A stretch of 43,835 bases of DNA, taken from positions 1-43,835 of the forward strand of contig JALSRW010000405.1 of assembly GCA_026984595.1 (NCBI GenBank), read 5' to 3'. Positions 1-6,842 of this stretch are shown here, one piece after another. The translations under genes were made by a program, and so were the position numbers. Source of the DNA: Alphaproteobacteria bacterium (GTDB lineage: Bacteria > Pseudomonadota > Alphaproteobacteria > Geminicoccales > Geminicoccaceae). The notes under the pieces were generated by a model. That model was not told the origin of the DNA and ran no database searches. It saw only the letters and a program-made list of their open reading frames with translations. Each line of letters opens with the position of its first letter. Position 1 is the first letter of the stretch.

Positions 1-711
1 GTAGTAGCCGTCGAGGCGCACGTGGCAACGCATGAACAGGCTGTAGATGTCTTCATGCAGTTCGCGCACGCTGGGGCGGTAGTCGTCAGAACGGTATTCC
101 TCCTCGAGCGCAGCCAGCACGGCTTCGGAGGCCTTGGCGGTGAGCAGGTGCTTGCCGTGGGCGGCGGTGAGCTCGCCGCGGCGCACGAGGTCTTGGGCCC
201 AGTCGGGCAATTCGGCCAGGCGCATGAGGTTCGAGATCTGCGGGCGCGACATTCGGATGCCGTGCCCGGCCAGCGCCTCCTCGACTTCGGCCAGGCTGCG
301 CTTGCCGTGCTGTTCGCGCATCCGGCGCAGTACCTTCGCCCATTCCATGGGATTGAGGTCGCGGCGCAGGTGGTTCTCCTTCACCTGGTTCAGCAAACGG
401 GCGAGCGGGTCGCTTTCGTCGTCTTCGCTGAGCAGGGCGGGGATGGTTTCCTTGCCGGCGACGACGCAGGCGCGGCAGCGGTTCTCGCCGTACTTGATGA
501 TGTAGCGGCCCGGTTTTTTCGGGTTGGGCCGCACGGTGACGGGCTGCAGCACGCCGTGCGCGGCGATGTCCTCGGCCAGCTCGGCGATGAAGGCCTCGTC
601 GAAATCCTTGCGCGGCTGGTCCGGGTCCACGTCGATGAGCTTGAGCGGCAGCTCGGTGACGACGCCGGGTTGCAGCTCGAAGGGTTGGGGTTTTCTGGCG
701 GTGGCGGGCAT
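1..711 (-). CDS. ParB/Spo0J-like nuclease-domain protein (3' end cut by window edge)
   Basis: Absent from the ORF track because there is no stop in the window. My translation from ATG 711-709 (GGAGG 5 nt upstream) reads MPATARKPQPFELQPGVVTELPLKLIDVDPDQPRKDFDEAFIAELAEDIAAHGVLQPVTVRPNPKKPGRYIIKYGENRCRA..., which has typical ParB N-terminal boxes. The listed 22-756(+) ORF is its shadow frame. Confidence 0.8.
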   Translation of the reverse strand, partial: MPATARKPQPFELQPGVVTELPLKLIDVDPDQPRKDFDEAFIAELAEDIAAHGVLQPVTVRPNPKKPGRYIIKYGENRCRACVVAGKETIPALLSEDDESDPLARLLNQVKENHLRRDLNPMEWAKVLRRMREQHGKRSLAEVEEALAGHGIRMSRPQISNLMRLAELPDWAQDLVRRGELTAAHGKHLLTAKASEAVLAALEEEYRSDDYRPSVRELHEDIYSLFMRCHVRLDGYY

Positions 712-742
712 GGCGACCTCCGGTTTTCAGGGTTTTCGTGGT

Positions 743-771
743 TTGTTTTTGTGTAGCCTGTAGGCTACAAT
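743..771 (+). promoter_or_regulatory. Putative promoter/operator of the toxin-antitoxin pair
   Basis: TTGTTT (743-748), 17-nt spacer, TACAAT (766-771). Inverted repeat TAGCCT-gt-AGGCTA (754-767) overlaps the -10. The toxin ATG at 778 is only 6 nt past the -10, so the mRNA may be leaderless. Confidence 0.5.
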
Positions 772-777
772 CAGGAC

Positions 778-1086
778 ATGGGGTTCGAGATCCGCACCAC
801 GCCGGTGTTCGACAGGTGGCTCAAGAGCGTGAAGGACCAGCAAGCCGTTCGGGCCATCGCCATGCGGATTGCGCGGGCGGAAGCCGGACATCTCGGTGAT
901 GTCGAGCCGGTCGGCGATGGCGTGTGCGAAATGCGGATCTTCATCGGCAAGGGGTATCGAATCTATTTCGCCCGCCGGGGCGACGCGATATTGCTGTTGC
1001 TCAATGGCGGCATCAAGAGCAACAAGAAACAGCAGCAAGCCGATATTCAGCGAGCCCGCGAAATCCTGGCGCAAATCGAGGAGTAG
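778..1086 (+). CDS. RelE/ParE-superfamily toxin (addiction module killer protein, HigB-like)
   Basis: 102 aa. The pattern F..WL..V.D..A...I..RI.R...G..GD..PVGDGV.E.RI..G.GYRIYF...G..I.LLL.GG.K..Q..DI..A is the killer-protein family signature as I recall it. The antitoxin gene follows 3 nt downstream. Confidence 0.85.
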   Translation: MGFEIRTTPVFDRWLKSVKDQQAVRAIAMRIARAEAGHLGDVEPVGDGVCEMRIFIGKGYRIYFARRGDAILLLLNGGIKSNKKQQQADIQRAREILAQIEE

Positions 1087-1089
1087 GCC

Positions 1090-1365
1090 ATGAAGACGAA
1101 GCCCTTCAACCCGTTCGATTACATGGAAACGCAGGCGGAAATCGACGCCTACCTGCTCGAATGCTTCAACGACGATGATCCGCAGGTGTTCGTGAATGCT
1201 CTCGGCCACTTGGCCAGGCACTATGGCGTGAGCGAGGTGGCCGAGGCCGCCGGCCTCAATCGGGAAAGCCTGTACAAGATCATCAACGGCAAGTCCAAGC
1301 CAAGATGGGAAACGGTGCGACGGCTGATGAAAGCCATGCACGTCGATCTGACCATCGCCGCCTGA
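1090..1365 (+). CDS. HTH antitoxin (addiction module antidote protein, HigA-like)
   Basis: 91 aa. N-terminal F.P..Y......I.AYL motif and an HTH segment GVSEVAEAAGLNRESLYKIINGKSKP. Lies immediately downstream of the toxin. Confidence 0.85.
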   Translation: MKTKPFNPFDYMETQAEIDAYLLECFNDDDPQVFVNALGHLARHYGVSEVAEAAGLNRESLYKIINGKSKPRWETVRRLMKAMHVDLTIAA

Positions 1366-1442
1366 ACGCGGCGTTTCCCGGGTAACGGTATTTCCCTCAT
1401 TCATTCCCGCTCTCCTGCGCCATGGCGCGCGATCTCCCCCGT

Positions 1443-1643
1443 TCAATTCGGGATGCGGCTGTGCAGGCGGTGCACGCAGCAGGTGCACAGCATGACGGGG
1501 CCGGTGTCGGGGCGGGTTTCGCTGCGCCAGGGTTCGAGCTGGCCGGGCCAGACGTAGCGGCCGCAGAGGTCGCATTGGTCCAGGTCGATGGCGAGCGGCG
1601 CAGAGGGGCGCCCGGGTTGGCGTTCCGTTCTCGTCGCGTTCAT
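1443..1643 (-). CDS. Small Cys-rich (putative zinc-ribbon) protein, translationally coupled to csrA
   Basis: 66 aa with CDLCGRY...CTCCVHRL. Its ATG overlaps the csrA stop (ATGA). AAGGAGGA lies 6 nt upstream. Confidence 0.6.
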   Translation of the reverse strand: MNATRTERQPGRPSAPLAIDLDQCDLCGRYVWPGQLEPWRSETRPDTGPVMLCTCCVHRLHSRIPN

Positions 1644-1819
1644 GGCGTTTCCTCCTTGGCGCGGATGCGCTGGTAGATTTCCTCGCGGTGCACGGACACG
1701 TGGGCGGGGGCGTCGATGCCCAGGCGCACGTTGCCGTGCGGGTCGACGCCCAGGATGCGCACGCGGATGTCGTGACCGATCCGGATGTCTTCTCCAATCT
1801 TGCGTCCCAGTACGAGCAT
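1640..1819 (-). CDS. csrA: CsrA/RsmA-family RNA-binding translational regulator, phage-borne
   Basis: 59 aa from the internal Met of the 94-aa ORF: [57 protein letters not shown]. This aligns with the canonical MLILTRRVGE...[12 protein letters not shown] of CsrA. SD AAGGAGGA at 1825-1832. Confidence 0.9.
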   Translation of the reverse strand: MLVLGRKIGEDIRIGHDIRVRILGVDPHGNVRLGIDAPAHVSVHREEIYQRIRAKEETP

Positions 1820-1849
1820 GGGTTTCCTCCTTGCGGGTGGTAGGTCGAG

Positions 1850-1875
1850 AGGCGTTTCCCGGGAAACGAACGCCT
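1850..1875 (-). promoter_or_regulatory. Palindromic hairpin in the csrA leader
   Basis: AGGCGTT-TCCCGGGAAACG-AACGCCT, containing the perfect 16-nt palindrome CGTTTCCCGGGAAACG (1853-1868). A GGGA would sit in or near the loop, and a second GGA lies in the SD. Confidence 0.45.
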
Positions 1876-2081
1876 TAAATTGCGTTCTCGTCGAGTTTGT
1901 GATCTCCACACCAGTCGGTTTCAAATACCACCGGATATCCGTTCATCGTGGGAGCATGACGTCGGCAGCGGCCAATTGGCGCGGTATTTTCAGATGACTC
2001 AGATTTGGCCTTGATCACGAACCACATGCATGTGGCGCACGCCATGTTCTTGTTACGGTGTTTCCATGGATCAGGGTTCAT
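1875..2081 (-). CDS. Hypothetical small Cys-containing protein (68 aa)
   Basis: Natural-looking composition ([26 protein letters not shown]...), four Cys residues, and AAGGAGAG upstream of the ATG. Confidence 0.65.
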   Translation of the reverse strand: MNPDPWKHRNKNMACATCMWFVIKAKSESSENTAPIGRCRRHAPTMNGYPVVFETDWCGDHKLDENAI

Positions 2082-2114
2082 ATCTCTCTCCTTTTAAGCT
2101 GCGTTGAAAAAACG

Positions 2115-2399
2115 TCACCATTCGATGAGCCGGTATTTCACGCCCGCCTTGTTGAGCCCCTGGTCCCGCTGTTCCGTGGAGGACTGGTGGGACAGGTACA
2201 AGGTGAGGCGGCCGGCGCGATAACCGGCTTCGATGGTGCCGATGGGGTTGTTCCAGCGCTGGATGCGGCCATCGGCGCGCTGCAGGCGGATGTCGTCGCT
2301 CGGCAGGTGCAGGCCGATGCCGATGTCCACGTAGAACAGGCCGGCGAGGAGGATGGCGCTCATGGCGCCGGCTTTGCGGTTACGCGACGGAACGGGCAT
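2115..2399 (-). CDS. PagL-like (lipid A deacylase / acyloxyacyl hydrolase family) C-terminal-half protein; start 2399 or 2363
   Basis: The tail ...GRLTLYLSHQSSTEQRDQGLNKAGVKYRLIEW resembles the PagL C-terminus (..RAIHYSNAGLKQPNDGIESYSLFYKI) recalled from memory, including the H-x-S catalytic motif. At only 82-94 aa it looks truncated relative to full PagL. The upstream part of the 183-aa ORF is a shadow frame. Confidence 0.4.
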   Translation of the reverse strand: MPVPSRNRKAGAMSAILLAGLFYVDIGIGLHLPSDDIRLQRADGRIQRWNNPIGTIEAGYRAGRLTLYLSHQSSTEQRDQGLNKAGVKYRLIEW

Positions 2400-2682
2400 G
2401 GTTCTTCTCCAGTTTGTCCAGGTAATCGAAAATGCCCTGGTTGGCGCGAAACAGCCACAGGTCGCGCAGGGCGCGCGCATCGTCCAATACAGGCCACCAG
2501 GCCGGGTTGGTGTCTGCGGCAAGGCGCATGGCTTCGCACCAGCCGGCCAGCCAGCCGGAAAAGGTGTCGTCGCGCGTCTGGCGGCGCAGCATGTTGCCGT
2601 TGGCCTCGTATTCGTCCACCAGAGCGCAGTTGTTGCGCCACTCCTGGTACAGCACGCTCCTGGCATGGTCGTAGATGTTCAT
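2380..2682 (-). CDS. Hypothetical early protein (100 aa)
   Basis: Balanced composition (MNIYDHARSVLYQEWRNNCALVDEYEANG...). AAGGAGGAAACC lies upstream. ATGA overlap with the upstream ORF. Confidence 0.7.
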   Translation of the reverse strand: MNIYDHARSVLYQEWRNNCALVDEYEANGNMLRRQTRDDTFSGWLAGWCEAMRLAADTNPAWWPVLDDARALRDLWLFRANQGIFDYLDKLEKNHARSVA

Positions 2683-2870
2683 GGTTTCCTCCTTTTCCTT
2701 GCGAGGGTTCGAAAACGCCGGCGCAGGTGAAACTCCACGCCGCGGCCCAAGCCGGCGCCGGCATGGCAGCGGCGCAGAAAGGTGCGGTGGCGCTGCGGGC
2801 GCGGGAGCCTGTGCCGCGCATCCCGCCGCCAGAGCCGCCTGGCCGCGAGCCGGATGCGCAGGTCACTCAT
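2679..2870 (-). CDS. Hypothetical very basic Arg-rich protein (63 aa)
   Basis: GGAGGAAGACG upstream of the ATG. Coupled at both ends: ATGAGTGA with the upstream peptide ORF and ATGA with the downstream ORF. The composition is extreme, so the call is uncertain. Confidence 0.4.
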   Translation of the reverse strand: MSDLRIRLAARRLWRRDARHRLPRPQRHRTFLRRCHAGAGLGRGVEFHLRRRFRTLARKRRKP

Positions 2871-2976
2871 CGTCTTCCTCCAGCCGGTTGATGCCGCTCA
2901 TGGTGGCGAGCACGGCGAGCAGGCCCAGCACGAACAGGCCGCCGACGGCGAGCAGGAGCAGGACGAGCGTGGCCAT
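2863..2976 (-). CDS. 37-aa hydrophobic membrane peptide (too short for the ORF track)
   Basis: My translation is MATLVLLLLAVGGLFVLGLLAVLATMSGINRLEEDDE. It has a single TM segment with an acidic tail, and its stop overlaps the next start. Confidence 0.4.
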   Translation of the reverse strand: MATLVLLLLAVGGLFVLGLLAVLATMSGINRLEEDDE

Positions 2977-2985
2977 GTCCACGGC

Positions 2986-3150
2986 TCAGGCCCTCGCTAG
3001 CTCGAGCGGGAAGCGCAGGGTGCGGCCTACGGCCCGGGCCTGCAGGTACATGTCGCGCCGGCAGAGCCAGCGGCCGTAGCGGGCGGCGTTGCGGCGGGTC
3101 TGGATATCAGGCTGGTGTTGGCGGATCACGAATGACTGAAGTGGGTTCAT
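2986..3150 (-). CDS. First gene of the leftward early operon, 54 aa hypothetical
   Basis: My translation is MNPLQSFVIRQHQPDIQTRRNAARYGRWLCRRDMYLQARAVGRTLRFPLELARA. CAGGAGGAACCGCC precedes the ATG at 3150-3148, directly downstream of the PL-like promoter. Confidence 0.55.
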   Translation of the reverse strand: MNPLQSFVIRQHQPDIQTRRNAARYGRWLCRRDMYLQARAVGRTLRFPLELARA

Positions 3151-3178
3151 GGCGGTTCCTCCTGATGACTATGGGAGA

Positions 3179-3221
3179 AACATAGCAACCGAAAGTTGCT
3201 ATGTCAACAACCGTGGGTTGT
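3179..3221 (-). promoter_or_regulatory. PL-like early-left promoter with two operator palindromes
   Basis: On the minus strand: TTGACA (3207-3202), 17-nt spacer, TATGTT (3184-3179). The spacer contains GCAACTTTCGGTTGC (3185-3199). A second related palindrome, ACAACCGTGGGTTGT, is at 3207-3221. Confidence 0.7.
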
Positions 3222-3296
3222 GTTTTTATGTGCAATAAGGCATATATGTGCTTTTGGTGGGCTGGAGGGGGAGGGCTGTGGGGGTGGTGTGGGAAG

Positions 3297-3345
3297 CGGA
3301 TATACTGATAGAGATAGAGTTTTTGTTGCGTTATTCGGATATACT
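3297..3345 (+). repeat. Direct repeat CGGATATACT x2 (39-bp spacing) in an AT-rich spacer upstream of the methyltransferase gene
   Basis: Copies at 3297-3306 and 3336-3345. Each contains a TATACT -10-like hexamer. A G-rich tract at 3256-3293 precedes them. Confidence 0.5.
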
Positions 3346-3419
3346 CGCAGCACTCAATAAAGTAATACTCTTATTCTGGTTTTTGTCTGAACAGTTTCGC
3401 CACAACAACAAAAAAGTGG

Positions 3420-4541
3420 ATGACGTTTCGTGAGTATCGAACGAAGACGGCTCATGAACGGACGATGCGACCGAAAAACGACATGAAGAAAATCGCTTGC
3501 GTCGATCTCTATTGCGGCGTAGGCGGACTTTCCTATGGCCTGAAGAAGGCCGGGGTGAACGTCGTTGCCGGAATCGACGTGGACGAGAGCTGCAAGTGGG
3601 GATACGAGCGCAACGTCGAGGCGCGTTTCGTGCGGGCCGACGTCGCCGATCTGAGCGGAGACGATCTGTGCGAGCTCTTCCCTCCGGCCGAACATCGTCT
3701 GCTCGCCGGATGTGCGCCGTGCCAGCCGTTTTCCACTTACGGCAGAACGCGGCAGGGTTCCGACGACAGGTGGTCGTTGTTGCGCGAGTTCTCGCGCCTG
3801 GTCGAAGAGACGAAGCCGGAGTTCGTGACCATGGAGAACGTGGAAGGACTCGCCTCTCATCGCGTGTTCGGCGAATTCCTGGAAACGTTGGAAGAATGTG
3901 GTTATGCCGTCGCTCATGGTGTGCTGGCGTGCGAACGGTTCGGCGTTCCGCAGCGGCGGCGGCGTCTGGTGCTCGTGGCGTCACGCATCGGCGACGCCGT
4001 CCTTCCAGAACCTGATGGCGGGTCGCCGCGGACGGTAAGGGATACGATCGAACGATTGCCGCCAATCGCCGCAGGCGGCGGGCCTTGCGATAGCGACCGT
4101 TTTCACGTCGCCGCCGGTCTTTCCGAGCTGAATCTGCGTCGCATCCGCAATTCCGTCGAGGGTGGTTCATGGCGGGATTGGCCGAAAGAGCTTCGGGCTC
4201 CGTGCCACCGGCGCGAAACCGGCGCCACGTATCCGTCCGTGTACGGCAGGATGCGCTGGGACGAGCCTGCGCCGACCATCACCACCCAGTGTTATGCCTA
4301 CGGCAGCGGTCGTTTCGGACATCCTGAGCAGGATCGCGCCATCTCGCTGCGCGAGGCGGCCATGCTCCAGTCGTTCCCGTCGAACTGGGAGTTCGTGCCG
4401 CCGGGAGAGGAGATCCATTTCGCCACCATCGGCCGCGCCATCGGCAACGCCGTGCCGCCGAAGCTCGCCGAGGCCGTCGGCCGCACGATCATCACGCTTT
4501 CGGAAGCTGGAAGATCGCCGCGAGCCGATGCCGTAGCGTGA
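3420..4541 (+). CDS. DNA (cytosine-5)-methyltransferase (start possibly 3465 or 3483)
   Basis: Motif I DLYCGVGGLS, motif IV GCAPCQPFS, motif VI TMENVEGL, QRRRR, and C-terminal GNAVPP. Confidence 0.92.
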   Translation: MTFREYRTKTAHERTMRPKNDMKKIACVDLYCGVGGLSYGLKKAGVNVVAGIDVDESCKWGYERNVEARFVRADVADLSGDDLCELFPPAEHRLLAGCAPCQPFSTYGRTRQGSDDRWSLLREFSRLVEETKPEFVTMENVEGLASHRVFGEFLETLEECGYAVAHGVLACERFGVPQRRRRLVLVASRIGDAVLPEPDGGSPRTVRDTIERLPPIAAGGGPCDSDRFHVAAGLSELNLRRIRNSVEGGSWRDWPKELRAPCHRRETGATYPSVYGRMRWDEPAPTITTQCYAYGSGRFGHPEQDRAISLREAAMLQSFPSNWEFVPPGEEIHFATIGRAIGNAVPPKLAEAVGRTIITLSEAGRSPRADAVA

Positions 4542-4905
4542 GCAAATCCCGGGTTTCGCATTCCCAGATCGTTTCCACCCGCCATCCGGCGTCGCGCAGC
4601 GCCTGCGCCACGCGCGCATCGCGCGCGACGTTTTCCTCGAACTTCGGTATCCAGTAGTCTCGCCGCGTCTTCGGCGTCGTGGCTTTGCCGCAGCCGGGAT
4701 GCCGATGCCAGAAACAGCCGTGAACGAAGAGGCAGACGCGGTGTTTCGGAAACACCAGGTCCGGCGTGCCGGGCAGATCCTTGCGGTGCAGGCGGAAGCG
4801 GAGTCCGAGGGCGTGCGCGGCCTTGCGCACGGCGATTTCAGGCGCAGTGCCTTCGCGGCGGACGGCGCGCATGATTTCGCTGCGGGTCTTCTTTTGACTG
4901 ATCAA
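4492..4905 (-). CDS. vsr: Very short patch repair endonuclease
   Basis: Matches to E. coli Vsr: TRSEIMRAV (TRSKNMRAI), PGTPDLVF, FVHGCFWHRH, W..KF..NV.RD, GWRV..IWECE. TTG start at 4905 overlaps the upstream stop (TTGA). The 3' end overlaps the MTase 3' end by 50 nt. Confidence 0.92.
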   Translation of the reverse strand: MISQKKTRSEIMRAVRREGTAPEIAVRKAAHALGLRFRLHRKDLPGTPDLVFPKHRVCLFVHGCFWHRHPGCGKATTPKTRRDYWIPKFEENVARDARVAQALRDAGWRVETIWECETRDLLTLRHRLAAIFQLPKA

Positions 4906-6833
4906 GAGAGAACGTCGTCGATGAAGTCGATTTCCTTCGTGCGTTCCAAGTATTCGGAATAGGCCTGCTTCGCCTTGACGATCAATTCGTCGTAGGTAAA
5001 GACCTTCGAACCGGGCATGATCGATGCGATCGGGGTTTCCACATCACGGGTTCGCTCTCCAAGAACGATGATCACCTCGAATCGTTCGTGCGGGAACTTT
5101 CTTTCGAGCGCCACCTTGTATTTTTCCACCTGGTCGAGAAGCGTTCCGGTCGTGGGTCTGACGCTGGCGCGTTTCAGTTCCACGATGAGGTGCTTTCCGG
5201 AGACCGCTTTGTAACGAATGTCGATGCGGCCGTATTCGTCGTTCGTGCCTTCATCTCCGGAGAATTCCGGTAGCAGCCGGATGCGCTCTTCCATGCTCGT
5301 GTCGTCCGTGGCGCGATCCCATGAAGGGTCGAGCAACCACAGATGGTCGAACAGATATTTCTGCAGCGCCCTTTCCTTCTGATTCTCGTCGACCAGACTG
5401 GCGAATTCCGTCACCGCTTCCAGGCGGTTTCGGGCGATGTCGCGGTACATGGACGCCTCGAGGGCGTCTCGATCCGCGAGCAACTTGAGAAGGGCGTCAA
5501 CGCCTTCGGCGAGTGCCTGCTCGAGCGATTCCGCGTCGCCGCGCATGCGCAGCCGCTCGAAACCGTAAATTGCGTGGCGAACGAGGTCCTTGCGCGCCTC
5601 GGCCGGTTCCGTTTCTTCGGGCAGAGGCATGGCCGCGATACGGCCGAGAAGCGTTTCAGCCTTTCTTCGCCAGCCGGAGTCGAGTCGGCCTAGCCAGTCG
5701 TCGATTCGCGGATATTGCTCACGCAGTTCGTCGGCCTTGTCGGAAACGCGCAATTCGCTCCAACGGTTCGCGATCTCGCGCAAACGAGATGACAGGAACG
5801 AGACGAGTTCGTTCACTCGCGGATCATCCTCACGAAGTCGTTGTCGGTCGCTGGTCACGATGTCGTCGCCGGTGCTGTCGTCCAGCCAATCGGCTTCGAT
5901 CTGGCCGGTGACGTAGCTTGCGAAGATGCCGGCGTCATGCAATTTCGGCAGGATGTCTTCCTGTACGAGCCGGCCGCGGCTCATGACCACGATGGAATTG
6001 AGATTCCCTTCCGGCGTGGAGAGTTGTTTGGGTCTGTCCACGGTACCGATCCAACCACGCACGACACGCTCTTGCGGCCATCCCGGGGCACGGGCATGCA
6101 TATCGAACCGTTTCAACAGATTGGGTGGTTCGTCCACATCGCTGCCTTCCATCACCCAGAGGTACTGAACGAATTTCAGGTCTTCGCGATCGGCAGATCT
6201 GACCTCGGTACCGTTGACGAAGACCCTGAACTCATTTCCTCCGATCACCGAGAATCGACGCGCCAGCCTGCGACGCAGCGATTCCGGGCGCGCGTCTCGC
6301 AACCTGGGCTTGAGCCGTGAAAGGCGAATCAGGGTACCGCTATCGGCCAGTTCCGAATCGTGTTCCGGCGTCACGGCAGGCGGCTCGTAACGGTTGGACG
6401 TTCCATCTTCCATTCGATCACGTAGCTCCGGCACGTCGATGACGAGCGCGGCGACGTCGCCACCTTCGCGCCGCGTCTCCAGGCGGATTTCGTCGGCGAT
6501 GGAGAAGAGAGACAGTTTGCCGATGCCCTTGCGGCCCATGACCGGGCGGCGGAGTCTTTCCGAAACGTCACCGACGGTTCGACGGCGGTAGCCGACGCGA
6601 AGGTACCTGTCGTTCACCTCGGCCGGCGTCATTCCGATGCCGTCGTCGCGGATGACGATGACGTCGTTCGCGATATCGAGGTCGAGGTGCACGTTGCGTG
6701 CGTCGGCGTCCCAGGCGTTCGCGACGGCCTCGGTAAGCACGGCGGCCACGCTGCTGTACAGACCGTCGGCAAGATGGTCGAGTACGGTGAGGTCGATCGT
6801 CAGGCTGTAGGTCGGGGCGTTTTCCGGCGGCAT
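4902..6833 (-). CDS. GHKL (Bergerat-fold) ATPase fused to a C-terminal PD-(D/E)xK-type nuclease-like domain; defence/restriction candidate
   Basis: N-box EAVANAWDA, G1 IRDDGIGM, G2 GRKGIGKLSLFS. The C-terminal GRIDIRY...LIVELKR, preceded by LFDHLWLLDPSW, resembles DUF4263/Shedu-type nucleases as I recall them and needs an HMM check. The start is 9 nt after the upstream ORF stop. Confidence 0.8.
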   Translation of the reverse strand: MPPENAPTYSLTIDLTVLDHLADGLYSSVAAVLTEAVANAWDADARNVHLDLDIANDVIVIRDDGIGMTPAEVNDRYLRVGYRRRTVGDVSERLRRPVMGRKGIGKLSLFSIADEIRLETRREGGDVAALVIDVPELRDRMEDGTSNRYEPPAVTPEHDSELADSGTLIRLSRLKPRLRDARPESLRRRLARRFSVIGGNEFRVFVNGTEVRSADREDLKFVQYLWVMEGSDVDEPPNLLKRFDMHARAPGWPQERVVRGWIGTVDRPKQLSTPEGNLNSIVVMSRGRLVQEDILPKLHDAGIFASYVTGQIEADWLDDSTGDDIVTSDRQRLREDDPRVNELVSFLSSRLREIANRWSELRVSDKADELREQYPRIDDWLGRLDSGWRRKAETLLGRIAAMPLPEETEPAEARKDLVRHAIYGFERLRMRGDAESLEQALAEGVDALLKLLADRDALEASMYRDIARNRLEAVTEFASLVDENQKERALQKYLFDHLWLLDPSWDRATDDTSMEERIRLLPEFSGDEGTNDEYGRIDIRYKAVSGKHLIVELKRASVRPTTGTLLDQVEKYKVALERKFPHERFEVIIVLGERTRDVETPIASIMPGSKVFTYDELIVKAKQAYSEYLERTKEIDFIDDVLS

Positions 6834-6842
6834 GCGTGATTC

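Noticed and set aside
22-756. 244-aa plus-strand ORF at the window start
   Set aside because: It is antisense to the ParB-like gene, which has clear family motifs and a GGAGG RBS.
727-1911. 394-aa minus-strand ORF covering the TA pair
   Set aside because: It overlaps the recognisable toxin and antitoxin genes. Only its extreme 5' part coincides with real minus-strand genes, and in other frames.
2115-2666. 183-aa version of the PagL-like ORF
   Set aside because: The N-terminal 90-100 residues are an off-frame reading of the 100-aa gene (2380-2682), which has a strong SD. Only the part from Met 2399/2363 looks like protein.
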